From: a virus
Length of the DNA stretch: 63,580 nucleotides
Reading direction: 5' to 3' (one strand)
Virus record (IMG/VR): IMGVR_UViG_3300025284_000001
Span: 1-63,580 of that record
Both the position numbers and the translations under genes were made by a program. Positions 25,950-34,885 of the stretch are shown in pieces (the first letter of the stretch is position 1; the number at the start of each line of letters is the position of its first letter). The notes under the pieces were generated by a model, which had not been told where the DNA came from, did no database searches, and was given only the letters and a program-made list of their open reading frames with translations.

Positions 25950-27059
25950 TTATGAACCAAAGTTTGTTTTATGTGTGTTCTGAATGGTTAGTTTATCTCT
26001 TAATCGTAAAAATGGACTCTCATAATATTTATAAATAATGAACGATATTACATAAGTAATAATTATTAAGACTGCAAGCAATAGCAGTTTTGTTAGAACA
26101 CCATACATCATAATATACGGACGAACAAATACAAACAATTCATAATGAACTAAGTATACTGAATAACTAGTCACACTTACAAAATAAATAAATTTCACCG
26201 ATCTCTTATTGCGAGGAAACGACTCAATCCAGCTACTGCTCGACAAAGAAAGTACGACTAAAGCACAACTTAATGGAATTACATTGAAGAAAAAAGTCCT
26301 TCCGAACAATGAAGAATCCATGACATTTCCGCCAGCATCTAAAGTAAATATATAAAATACGATAACAAAAATGAAAGAGGATAAAGCAAGTAAGTTTAAC
26401 ATTATCCTGTTTTTCGTTAATTTGTTATAGAAGTCGGAGTAGTACAACTTTATACCTGCCAATAACACACCAACCATTATCGAATCAAATCTCAAATAGA
26501 TCTGTTTTCGTACTCCAAAATCCCAAGATGGACTGTATGTAAAAACAACGGTAAACCTAATCACAGTGAATATTAATATTATCGCAACACAAGCAGACAC
26601 AAACCAAAATCCAGTGCGACTTTTTGATTTGAACAACGCAATAATAAAGACAGGAGGTATTATAAGATAAAACCATTCTTCTATTGATAAGCTCCACGAT
26701 ACAGGCAAAAAGAAGTCACCGTTAAAATTCTGCATAAAGAGAAAGTTTGTCCAGTGTGGATTTCTCTTTGACACGACAGCCACAACCATCATTACTAAAA
26801 AATACACTGGTAAAGTTCTAAACCATCTTCTTTGATAAAAAGTATATAATGATTTATATGAGCCTTTAAATAGTACATCTTTAATTATAATCTGACCAAT
26901 TAAAAAACCACTCAGCACAAAGAACAACTCAACCCCAATTAAACCATTAAAAGAAACCCACTGGAGATTAACTTCGTCAAAGAACATTCGACTATGGCTT
27001 ATTAACACCATGACAATAGCGAGACTTCTTGCAAGATCGAGTCCTATGTTTCTTGACAA
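25950..27059 (-). CDS. Acyltransferase family 3 (OafA-like) integral membrane protein
   Basis: 369 aa; about 10 hydrophobic spans; N-terminal LDLARSLAIVMVLISHS; strikingly AT-rich versus neighbours. Confidence 0.85.
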   Translation of the reverse strand: MSRNIGLDLARSLAIVMVLISHSRMFFDEVNLQWVSFNGLIGVELFFVLSGFLIGQIIIKDVLFKGSYKSLYTFYQRRWFRTLPVYFLVMMVVAVVSKRNPHWTNFLFMQNFNGDFFLPVSWSLSIEEWFYLIIPPVFIIALFKSKSRTGFWFVSACVAIILIFTVIRFTVVFTYSPSWDFGVRKQIYLRFDSIMVGVLLAGIKLYYSDFYNKLTKNRIMLNLLALSSFIFVIVFYIFTLDAGGNVMDSSLFGRTFFFNVIPLSCALVVLSLSSSSWIESFPRNKRSVKFIYFVSVTSYSVYLVHYELFVFVRPYIMMYGVLTKLLLLAVLIIITYVISFIIYKYYESPFLRLRDKLTIQNTHKTNFGS

Positions 27060-27092
27060 AACAACCCCTCCTGATGTAAAAAATCCACGTAA

Positions 27093-27122
27093 TTATACCA
27101 CACCATTACATCATATTGGAAG
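27093..27122 (-). promoter_or_regulatory. Extended -10 promoter (TGgTATAAT) for the acyltransferase moron
   Basis: TATAAT = revcomp 27093-98, preceded by TGG; weak -35 TTCCAA; lies in the 3' end of the upstream gene. Confidence 0.4.
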
Positions 27123-28581
27123 GGTCGGCAAGAAAGCTAATCCCATCAAAAGACACCCATTCTACTTCCGGAGGTAAAAATGGTATCACATGTCCCTTCA
27201 AATCAGGAGTCGTACTATTATTACCGACAACAACTAATCTACAAACACCAAGGTTAGTGCATGCACATATATTCAAACTGAACTCCGGAATGTATGATAG
27301 AGGTAAGGCAAATGCTTTGGCATCGCGTATAGTAGATGTAGTCGGTTTACATATTCCGGAGAAGTGAATGCGGCCTTCAATATCCTGATAAAACTTTGGC
27401 GAGCGGTCATAAGTCTTGTCATATACTTCATAGTTATTGACTAACACTGCTCTTACGAAACTCTGGCGTAGCGATATCGATTTTCTCTTATTGACGTTGC
27501 CTTGTCGTAAATTCTTTACAATAACTATCCCATTGTTCGACCGATCGTTAAATAAGTACACTCCTTTCCAAGCACACATTCCTTGAGTAGTTCCAAAAGT
27601 CGGTGGTGTAATACGCTCCAGAAGAACAAATGCTTCATTATCAAACTGGAAAACATCAATATGCCCCTCGAAGTCATCTCCGTGAAAGTTAGGGCCGTGC
27701 ATGTTAGCGTGCAGAAGTCCATTCTCCCAAAACAGCCCTTGGTATCCACCATAACGGCTTATTGCAGTAGGTAAAGGATACTCTTTTACCAGTGCCAGAC
27801 TAACATCAAACTTACGTACTATTTGTCTGTCGTGATAACTCATCCAAAGGAATCCATCTGAATCTCCTGCAACGCACTCTGCTACTCCATCGCCGATGTC
27901 AGTCTCTTGAATCATATTTATACCAGCTTCCGGGGAATATGACGAATAGGTTATTACCCTAGATTCATAAGGATGTGCTCCCCCTCCGTTTATGTTATAC
28001 GCAGTTACATATAACACATTATTTATAAAACTGATATCTCCAAAAGACATTTGTTTTCCGTCACTATCGACTCTAGAATAGGCATTTCGTTTTTCATATA
28101 TAAAATTACCTTCTAGGTCATAAACACTAATTATGTTTTCATGATCTTGTATCCCAGTTTCCGGATTGTCGGTAACAAGATAAATATACGTACCGTCAGT
28201 ACAAACACCTTGCCAAGCTCGAAATGGTTCGTGTGCAGGTATAAACACACTCCCATTACTCGCGAGTGAAGTGCCAAACAATGCTTCTACATTCTCACGA
28301 AACGCATCGTGATCGTACGCGGTGAAGTATCGAGCAACTTTCGTCCCTGCGCTCCATGATTTAGAAATACCTTGAAACCCACGCTCAACCGTCAACTTTT
28401 TTCCGTCAACTTTCGAATACCTAACCGTCTCCGCCGTCTCATCGATGCCAATCGTCAACATGTTCGGCGCAGGCGGAAGTCCCGCTGTAGATATTACAGT
28501 GATCTCTGTCGCATCTACTGTAATATCCGCTGCCAATTCGGTGCTTGGACTGTTGACAACTGCTGGATACATCGGCTTCAT
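27106..28581 (-). CDS. Tail fibre / receptor-binding protein
   Basis: Trimmed to ATG 28581; N-terminus MKPMYPAVVNSPSTELAADITVDATEITV...LPPAPNMLTIG...ETVRY typical of prophage fibre proteins; AT-richer C-terminal domain. Confidence 0.6.
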   Translation of the reverse strand: MKPMYPAVVNSPSTELAADITVDATEITVISTAGLPPAPNMLTIGIDETAETVRYSKVDGKKLTVERGFQGISKSWSAGTKVARYFTAYDHDAFRENVEALFGTSLASNGSVFIPAHEPFRAWQGVCTDGTYIYLVTDNPETGIQDHENIISVYDLEGNFIYEKRNAYSRVDSDGKQMSFGDISFINNVLYVTAYNINGGGAHPYESRVITYSSYSPEAGINMIQETDIGDGVAECVAGDSDGFLWMSYHDRQIVRKFDVSLALVKEYPLPTAISRYGGYQGLFWENGLLHANMHGPNFHGDDFEGHIDVFQFDNEAFVLLERITPPTFGTTQGMCAWKGVYLFNDRSNNGIVIVKNLRQGNVNKRKSISLRQSFVRAVLVNNYEVYDKTYDRSPKFYQDIEGRIHFSGICKPTTSTIRDAKAFALPLSYIPEFSLNICACTNLGVCRLVVVGNNSTTPDLKGHVIPFLPPEVEWVSFDGISFLADPSNMM

Positions 28582-28607
28582 CGTCATTCTCCTCGCCTTC
28601 TTTCTCG

Positions 28608-29006
28608 TTAGTTTGTGAATCGGACGAGTGTGCCGTCTTTCAAAAACTTCGGTTTGTCTCCGGATTGAATCGTACGCGGATTCGGAACAGATGTAGACCA
28701 TAGCAAATTCCCGCCTGTAACAGCCGTTCGCAATCCAATATGCGTCACGAGCCCCCAATCCGATGATGCGATCGGAAACTCTACGTCAGCTGTGTTTTTA
28801 ACCGTTTGTTTTCCGTTCTCTACCGCAGGAGCCGCGAAGGAAATCGCCATACGCTTGTACCCACCTCCGTTAACTTCCGTCCCTGTGTCGGCAGGTGTCG
28901 GGTCACTCGTATACAGCGCGAGATAAACCGTTGTAGGCGAAGAGAACGCCGTGTTGCGAAGCGTCGCGTTTAGCAACGCCGCCGATAGCCAGTTCGATAT
29001 ATTCAT
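28608..29006 (-). CDS. tail-associated hypothetical protein (132 aa)
   Basis: Trimmed to ATG 29006 (GGAGGAATACG); TVYLALYTSDPT...EVNGGGYKR motif common in prophage tail regions. Confidence 0.55.
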   Translation of the reverse strand: MNISNWLSAALLNATLRNTAFSSPTTVYLALYTSDPTPADTGTEVNGGGYKRMAISFAAPAVENGKQTVKNTADVEFPIASSDWGLVTHIGLRTAVTGGNLLWSTSVPNPRTIQSGDKPKFLKDGTLVRFTN

Positions 29007-29016
29007 CGTATTCCTC

Positions 29017-29568
29017 CTATGTCGTGTATTCGTTCGTAATCCGGAAGCTCCGGATCGTATTCGTTCCCGTATTCGTAAGCACCAATACCGGTTGTGCGCG
29101 GACATCTCCCGATGACTCTACGCTAATCGTTTCTGGCGATCGCGTTATCGTCACTTCCGTCACCTTTTCGTTGGACTCCGGCCATGGATCGTTAGCCTTT
29201 AGCGATACCACGACCATCCGACTGCCGACTTGTCCGTCCAACGCGAGTGTGCCGTTGTTCACCGCGCGATAGATTCGCCCGGAAATATCCGAGAACTCAA
29301 CGGTAATCTCACGACGACCTCCGTTAAATACCCGAGCCAGTCGCGCAAGAGTCGTATGGAACTCCGATGGCGGCGAGGTGATGTATAACGTCAGTTCGAT
29401 CAATCTCGGCGCGTACGTAGAGCCGAAGTCAAGCTCTCCGTCAGTTCCTGCGATTTTCAACACGTTTTCCTCAACTTCCGGCAATATGGGAAGACGCCGC
29501 TCATATAGAGCAGCGCCTACCGTCGAGAGCCACGTACCATTCACGCGGACATCATATTCGAGTGTCAT
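29017..29568 (-). CDS. Distal tail protein (Dit), N-terminal-type portion
   Basis: 183 aa; 4-nt overlap with tape measure; ends ...AQPVLVLTNTGTNTIRSFRITNEYTT where Dit C-domains usually continue. Confidence 0.6.
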   Translation of the reverse strand: MTLEYDVRVNGTWLSTVGAALYERRLPILPEVEENVLKIAGTDGELDFGSTYAPRLIELTLYITSPPSEFHTTLARLARVFNGGRREITVEFSDISGRIYRAVNNGTLALDGQVGSRMVVVSLKANDPWPESNEKVTEVTITRSPETISVESSGDVRAQPVLVLTNTGTNTIRSFRITNEYTT

Positions 29569-32500
29569 ACGGATTTCACTCCCATCGTTTGGAGACGTCT
29601 AGCCGTCCGTTCGCGTTCGGAGTATAACGTCTGTACGTCCGCGCCGTCCTCGAAGACTGCGTCATTTACGGACATGTCGATGTGGTTAACAACGGATTGC
29701 GGAGCCGCCGAAGGACGGTCATATCTCATCGCGGAGACAGGAGCGTCAAGCATCGCAAACAATCGCGAGAGCTGACGTTGATTAAAGAACGCTTCGCCAC
29801 CGTGAACCACTGCAAACATCGGATGTCCAACGGGTCCTGGAACAACGCCGCCAACGTCGAAGCTCGGAAGCTTTCCGGTATCTTTTCCGATTCCGTATTT
29901 CTGCCGAATCTCTTCGTTCCGAGCGTTCAGCCGTGCCATTTCAGCGGAATCCCCACGAGCTTTTGCTGAAGACCACGCATCCTTATTCGCGTTATACTCG
30001 TCCAACTCGGAGCTGTGCGCGGACATCGATTGGATTTGCGACATCTTTGCGTTGTACTTCGACACGAATGTATCTAAATCCGAGAGGATCGTCGCGTTAG
30101 TCTCTTCGTTGGACTTGATGCGGAACTCGGAAATCGCGGACTCTATCGTTTTGACATCGCCGGTGAAATCTTCGAATGCCGTTTTAAGCGCGTCATACTT
30201 CGCCTCGACATCGGATTTCTCGCGCTCGAACGACTTCTCACGCTCGGACTTCTCGTCTTGCAGCCCTTGCTTCTGCGATTCCAATTCGCGTTTGCGAAGC
30301 TCACGGTCGTGTTCGAGCTGCATCCGTTCGATTTCCTTCGCGATGTCCTCGCGCTCTTTGATTCCGTCGGGTCCGACTGCGGATTGAAGGAGATCGAGTC
30401 GAGCGCGTTTCTCCGCAAGCTTCGTCTCGTAGTCGGCATCTGCGTTGAACTCCGCTTCCTTCGCGATGAGAGCGTCGATTGCCTTGATTCGCGCGTCATA
30501 ATCGGATAACGCCGCTTTCTTCCGTTCCTCTATCGCCTTGAGATCGGCTTTCTTTGCGTCCTCTATTGCGGATTTTTGCTTCTTGTACATCTCGTCGGCG
30601 AGCTTCTGCGTATCCTTGATCGCCTTCTCGTTCTCCGCGATAAGCTTCTTCTTCGCTTGGTAGACCTGTTCGTCCGCCTTCTTGTAAAACTCCGAATCCT
30701 TTGCGTAACGATCACGAACGCGCGTCCAAGAGTCGAGCTTCATCTTCGCAATCTCTGCTTCGGACTTTCCGGCCTCTTCCATACGACGAGACTCTTTCGC
30801 GATCCAATCGGAGGAAAAGTTAAATTGCGCTTGGACGAGTTTCTTTTTCGACTGGTACACTTGCTCGTCGGCTTTTTTATACTCGTCCGAATCCTTCTTG
30901 TACCGGTCGCGAAGTCTAGTCCATGCGTCAATCTTCGTCTTCTCGATGTCAATTTCCGATCGATTGGCGTCCTGCATACGGCGTTCTTCTTTCGCGATCC
31001 ATTCGGCAGAGAAGTCATATCGGGACTTTGCGGAATCCTCACGAAGACGTTTGAGCTGAAGGAGCATCGTCCGGTTGTCCTCGACGGTTTCCTTGAGATG
31101 CTGCTTGTGTTTCTCGCGAACCTTTTCGTATTCCTTCGTTTGCCGATCCGCGTCCCAATCGTACATGTCCGACTTGAATCGCACGGATGCGATGTCGGCG
31201 TCATATGCTTCCTTCCGGAGTTGCGCTGCTGTCTTTGCTTTCTTCTCTTTTGGTTTCTTTGTTTTCGATGACCCAAGTGGATCTTTCGTGATCGGGATAA
31301 AATTACCCGAGCTGAGACTTTGTTTTTTCTGCCCCATCTCTTTGATAGCATCGTCATACCTCGCCGACTGCTCTTTTGCTATTTTCATATCCTTATCGGC
31401 CTGTTCGGTAATGTAATCCCTGAATCCAGACTCGTATTGATCCATACCAGGTAGATCAACACCAAACCTCGTCTTTGATTTACCTTCCATTAAAGGCCCT
31501 GTTTGTTGTGCATTCGCAACTTCTTGCATAACTTCAATGAGCCTTTGATAGTTGTTTATTTGAGCTTCAATAGCGGCTTTATTCGCTTCAGTTACCTTTA
31601 TTAAATTGTCAATTTCCGCTTGCTTTGTCCTAACAGACTCATCAAGCAAATCGCGTTCAGCCTGTATCTGATCACCAATAATATCGATGTTTGTGATTCG
31701 CGCGCGACCTTGCTCGTCAATCGCCCAAGTCAAGTCCGGATACTCTTTCTTGAGATCGTTGATGGTCTGCTTCATATCGTTGTTTTGCGACTCGGTTAAC
31801 TTTGTCTGCGCGTTCAACGTTTTATATCGTTCCATTAGCGCTTCGACTTCGTCTTGATGTTCGCGCTTAGCCTCGATTGCGTCGTATTCTTCTTTATTCA
31901 TCTGGTACATTGCAACCGATGACTTGTCGATTTCCTCGCGCATCCTCTTCGCGTTTTGCGTAGCTTCCTCGAAACTTCCGTGACCTGCGGTCTTTAACTG
32001 TTCGTCTATCTCTTCGAGTTTATCCCGTAACGTGTCCAACTCCGGAAGTAGATCAAAGTTATTCCCCGACATAGACTCGATTTGATTGGCTCTCTCTTGC
32101 ACTTTTCCTCGCTCTTCTAAAAGCGAAGTCAGCTCTTTTTCTTGTTCTTGCAACTGCTTCAGTTCGTTTACGTTTCGGTCAACTGGCGACTTGTCCAATT
32201 GATCGTTGAGCTTACGCTGCGCTTCCGTCATTTCTTCCGCAGCTTTCGCGGCGTCTCGTGCATGTGCGGTGTATGCTGCGATACCTCCGGCAACTAGTCC
32301 GATAGCTGCGATTGCCCATCCAAGCGGACCCATTGAGAGGTTTAATGCTGTAAGAGATACCCTAACGGCGTCTGCTACTAATCTCCAAGTCGTCATTGCA
32401 CCGACAACGATACCTATGAGAGCGACGAACCCAGTCACTGCGGTTGCCGCTCCGGCAATTCCCGCGACTAGCTCTTTATTTTCAACGACCCATCCAGCGA

Positions 32501-33827
32501 GAGCTTGGATAATTGGCGTGATTGTTTCAAGTAATTCCGCAAACAACGGTTTTAACGCATCCCCAACGCCAGCCTCTAACGACTGCATCGCTTGGTCATA
32601 TTTCGCGACGCTGCCCGTATAATCCCCGAGTGCAACCGATGCGTTTCCCGCGAATATTTCGGATTCTTTCAAGAACCCGTTATATGCCGCTTGTACCTTT
32701 TGCGCGTCTGTTAACTTAGCCGCAGTCGTTCCGATAGACTTCGCGTATTCCGCTTGCATTACGGAGAGATTTTTCGTAACGCCGACCGAGTCTGTGAGCG
32801 TAGAGTTTCCGTTCTTGATGCCCTCCATCGCGACGACGATTGATTCGCCCCATGAGTAATGAGCCTGTCGATTATATGCGGCGGCGTCAGCCATTGCGTA
32901 GATAAGTTTCGTTGTCTGTTCGATGTTTAAACCCATCGCAAGAGCCGTTTTATATGCCTGCGCGGATTCTGTCGCGTTCATGAATCCTTCCTTAGTCATG
33001 TTTTGAACGGCACTGGTCGTTTCATTGACGTTGTATCCCAAGTTCTTTGATACTTCGGCAAGTCCGCGAGTGGCGTTATAGACTTTCTCCGATTCCGCGA
33101 CAAGAGATTTCATCTCATCAATCAGGCCTTTAAATGCGACACCCGCGCCGATTGCCAAGAGCGCCGATTCAAGTCCGTTAAGTTTGCCCGTTGTCTTATT
33201 TGCTTGTTCGTCCGCTTCGGAAAGCTTCTTCGTTATCTTATCGATCTCATCGCTACTAATCCCAAGGCGGCGCATTTCGTTGCGGACTTCTTCAATCTTC
33301 TGCTGGAAGAGTTCGGGATTCGCCTTTTTTATTGCTTGGTCAATCTTCGAAATATCCTCGTCAGTCATCCCGAGTTGCTTAAGCTGATCCGTTAGCTTCT
33401 TAATGCTATCGCCAGTGACTGCGGAGCTATCTTCGATCTTCCATATTTTCTGCGCGAGTTGATCCGACGTGTCGGTTAGTCGAAGGAGTGTTGCTTCGGT
33501 GTTTAGTATCTGCTCTTGAAGCTTCGACTTCTTCGCTTCATTGAACGTGCTGTCATATGACTCTTTCAACGATGCTAGCTTGGACTTTTGTTGGTCGATC
33601 TTCGCGTTCACGTTGTCGAGCTGCGTGGTGAGCTTGCCGATCCTCTCACTCGACGATCCGACATTATCGATTGCAGTCGTCACACTCTTAAAGTCGCTCG
33701 CGGTCTTTTGCCCTTGTGTGCCTAACTCCTCGACCTTGGCTTTGGCCTTGTCGATCCCCGCGGTATAGCCCGAAATGTCAACTTCCAAGCGAGCCTTGAT
33801 GCCGCCAATTTCTACTGCATCACCCAT
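29565..33827 (-). CDS. Tape measure protein
   Basis: 1420 aa; coiled-coil rich; central hydrophobic segment (GWAIAAIGLVAGGIAAY); follows the chaperone genes. Confidence 0.9.
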   Translation of the reverse strand: MGDAVEIGGIKARLEVDISGYTAGIDKAKAKVEELGTQGQKTASDFKSVTTAIDNVGSSSERIGKLTTQLDNVNAKIDQQKSKLASLKESYDSTFNEAKKSKLQEQILNTEATLLRLTDTSDQLAQKIWKIEDSSAVTGDSIKKLTDQLKQLGMTDEDISKIDQAIKKANPELFQQKIEEVRNEMRRLGISSDEIDKITKKLSEADEQANKTTGKLNGLESALLAIGAGVAFKGLIDEMKSLVAESEKVYNATRGLAEVSKNLGYNVNETTSAVQNMTKEGFMNATESAQAYKTALAMGLNIEQTTKLIYAMADAAAYNRQAHYSWGESIVVAMEGIKNGNSTLTDSVGVTKNLSVMQAEYAKSIGTTAAKLTDAQKVQAAYNGFLKESEIFAGNASVALGDYTGSVAKYDQAMQSLEAGVGDALKPLFAELLETITPIIQALAGWVVENKELVAGIAGAATAVTGFVALIGIVVGAMTTWRLVADAVRVSLTALNLSMGPLGWAIAAIGLVAGGIAAYTAHARDAAKAAEEMTEAQRKLNDQLDKSPVDRNVNELKQLQEQEKELTSLLEERGKVQERANQIESMSGNNFDLLPELDTLRDKLEEIDEQLKTAGHGSFEEATQNAKRMREEIDKSSVAMYQMNKEEYDAIEAKREHQDEVEALMERYKTLNAQTKLTESQNNDMKQTINDLKKEYPDLTWAIDEQGRARITNIDIIGDQIQAERDLLDESVRTKQAEIDNLIKVTEANKAAIEAQINNYQRLIEVMQEVANAQQTGPLMEGKSKTRFGVDLPGMDQYESGFRDYITEQADKDMKIAKEQSARYDDAIKEMGQKKQSLSSGNFIPITKDPLGSSKTKKPKEKKAKTAAQLRKEAYDADIASVRFKSDMYDWDADRQTKEYEKVREKHKQHLKETVEDNRTMLLQLKRLREDSAKSRYDFSAEWIAKEERRMQDANRSEIDIEKTKIDAWTRLRDRYKKDSDEYKKADEQVYQSKKKLVQAQFNFSSDWIAKESRRMEEAGKSEAEIAKMKLDSWTRVRDRYAKDSEFYKKADEQVYQAKKKLIAENEKAIKDTQKLADEMYKKQKSAIEDAKKADLKAIEERKKAALSDYDARIKAIDALIAKEAEFNADADYETKLAEKRARLDLLQSAVGPDGIKEREDIAKEIERMQLEHDRELRKRELESQKQGLQDEKSEREKSFEREKSDVEAKYDALKTAFEDFTGDVKTIESAISEFRIKSNEETNATILSDLDTFVSKYNAKMSQIQSMSAHSSELDEYNANKDAWSSAKARGDSAEMARLNARNEEIRQKYGIGKDTGKLPSFDVGGVVPGPVGHPMFAVVHGGEAFFNQRQLSRLFAMLDAPVSAMRYDRPSAAPQSVVNHIDMSVNDAVFEDGADVQTLYSERERTARRLQTMGVKSV
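30641..31011 (-). repeat. Tandem duplication of about 58 aa inside the tape measure
   Basis: SAEWIAKEERRMQDANRSEIDIEKTKIDAWTRLRDRYKKDSDEYKKADEQVYQSKKKL vs SSDWIAKESRRMEEAGKSEAEIAKMKLDSWTRVRDRYAKDSEFYKKADEQVYQAKKKL. Confidence 0.8.
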
Positions 33828-33850
33828 CTATTTCACCTCTTTCGGACATG

Positions 33851-33873
33851 AAAAAGCGCCCTTCATAGGGCGC
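33851..33873 (-). terminator. Intrinsic terminator after the AT-rich mini-moron
   Basis: Minus sense GCGCCC-tatgaa-GGGCGC followed by TTTTT. Confidence 0.75.
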
Positions 33874-34098
33874 TTAGTTATGTATTGTCTTTACTGTTCC
33901 ATCAGGTGTCTTTACGTGCCTAGTTTTACATTTCCTACATTTTGAACTATCGAACTTTAGTTTAAATGAGTGCCCACAAACAATGCATTGAATTACAGGC
34001 ATTTCATCCATAACTTTGTTAATCTTTTTATTAAATTTTACAGCAACAATTATTGGGAGAACTATAAAAGAAAGAAAAAGGAAGATACTAAGTAGCAT
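33874..34098 (-). CDS. membrane-anchored zinc-ribbon mini-protein
   Basis: Trimmed to ATG 34098 (AGGAGGAG RBS); MLLSIFLFLSFIVLPIIVAV...CIVCGHSF...CRKCKTRH; AT-rich. Confidence 0.55.
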   Translation of the reverse strand: MLLSIFLFLSFIVLPIIVAVKFNKKINKVMDEMPVIQCIVCGHSFKLKFDSSKCRKCKTRHVKTPDGTVKTIHN

Positions 34099-34146
34099 GC
34101 CAACACTCCTCCTAGACATTTCCTTAATTCTACCACACAAATACGA

Positions 34147-34829
34147 TTATATTCCCATTTTTAACTGCATTTTCAACGCTTCGAAGCCGGTTTCATCAAA
34201 TTTCGGTGTTTGCTTCGTTTCATATCCGGCCATCTTGCGGAAACTGATATTTAACTTCCGGAAATCCTCTTCGTTCATATTTGGCGCAAGTTGTACGCTC
34301 AATTGCGTGAGCCAATTTTCCGCGTCTACTTTTCGTTGCGCGTCGAGCACATCGAATATGTCCATCACGTAATATCCGTTTTCAAACTCAACTTGGGTTT
34401 TCCCAAGCCGAATCGCGCATTCGATGAAAAATTGGTCAAGCGTTAATTTGCGTCTTGGCTCGTCTCCTGTTTCGTCGTTACTTTCTCCAAGACGCTCTGT
34501 ACGTTTTTTAGCATTTCCCCGAAGTTATTCAGCTTCGCAATTTCTGTGTAGTAAGCAACTAATTCGTCAATCGACGCATGCTCCTCGATATAGTCAACGT
34601 CAATTCCCGTAAGTATCGAAGTGATCCGAACCACTTCATCGAATGATTCGCGGATTGCGATCATAGCGAACGCTACTCGCTGCTCGGACGGCGCGGATAT
34701 CACCGATAAGATTAACTGTGGCAAAATCTGAATCGAGTCGAAGAGTCGGCGCCACTGGGCGACCGTAATCTTACGCACTTGCACCGTTTTATCTCCGATT
34801 TTTACTGTATCTGAACGCTTAAATAGCAT
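34147..34829 (-). CDS. Tail assembly chaperone -1 frameshift product (G-T-like)
   Basis: -1 frame is open from the slippery A_AAA_AAC through ...RRKLTLDQFFIECAIRLGKTQVEFENGYYVMDIF... to the stop at 34147. Confidence 0.55.
34443..34829 (-). CDS. Tail assembly chaperone (G-like)
   Basis: 128 aa between major tail and tape measure genes; carries a slippery site near the 3' end. Confidence 0.7.
   Translation of the reverse strand: MLFKRSDTVKIGDKTVQVRKITVAQWRRLFDSIQILPQLILSVISAPSEQRVAFAMIAIRESFDEVVRITSILTGIDVDYIEEHASIDELVAYYTEIAKLNNFGEMLKNVQSVLEKVTTKQETSQDAN
34503..34509 (-). other. Slippery heptamer A_AAA_AAC (programmed -1 frameshift site)
   Basis: G frame cta-aaa-aac; plus strand gtttttt at 34503-34509. 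Confidence 0.5.
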
Positions 34830-34845
34830 TTATATTCGCCTCCAT

Positions 34846-34877
34846 GAAAAGAGATAGGCGGCGCATAACGCACCGCC
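34846..34877 (-). terminator. Intrinsic terminator after the major tail gene
   Basis: Minus sense GGCGGTGC-gttat-GCGCCGCC followed by TATCTCTTTTC. Confidence 0.6.
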
Positions 34878-34885
34878 GCTTACGA

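Noticed and set aside
30576-31271. Long antisense ORFs inside large genes. Examples are 30576..31271 (+), 37763..38692 (+), 3863..4669 (+), 5136..5981 (+) and 43365..44210 (+).
   Set aside because: These are shadow ORFs opposite well-supported genes (tape measure, capsid, repeat protein, terL). They have low-complexity Arg/Ser/Leu-rich translations and no ribosome-binding sites.
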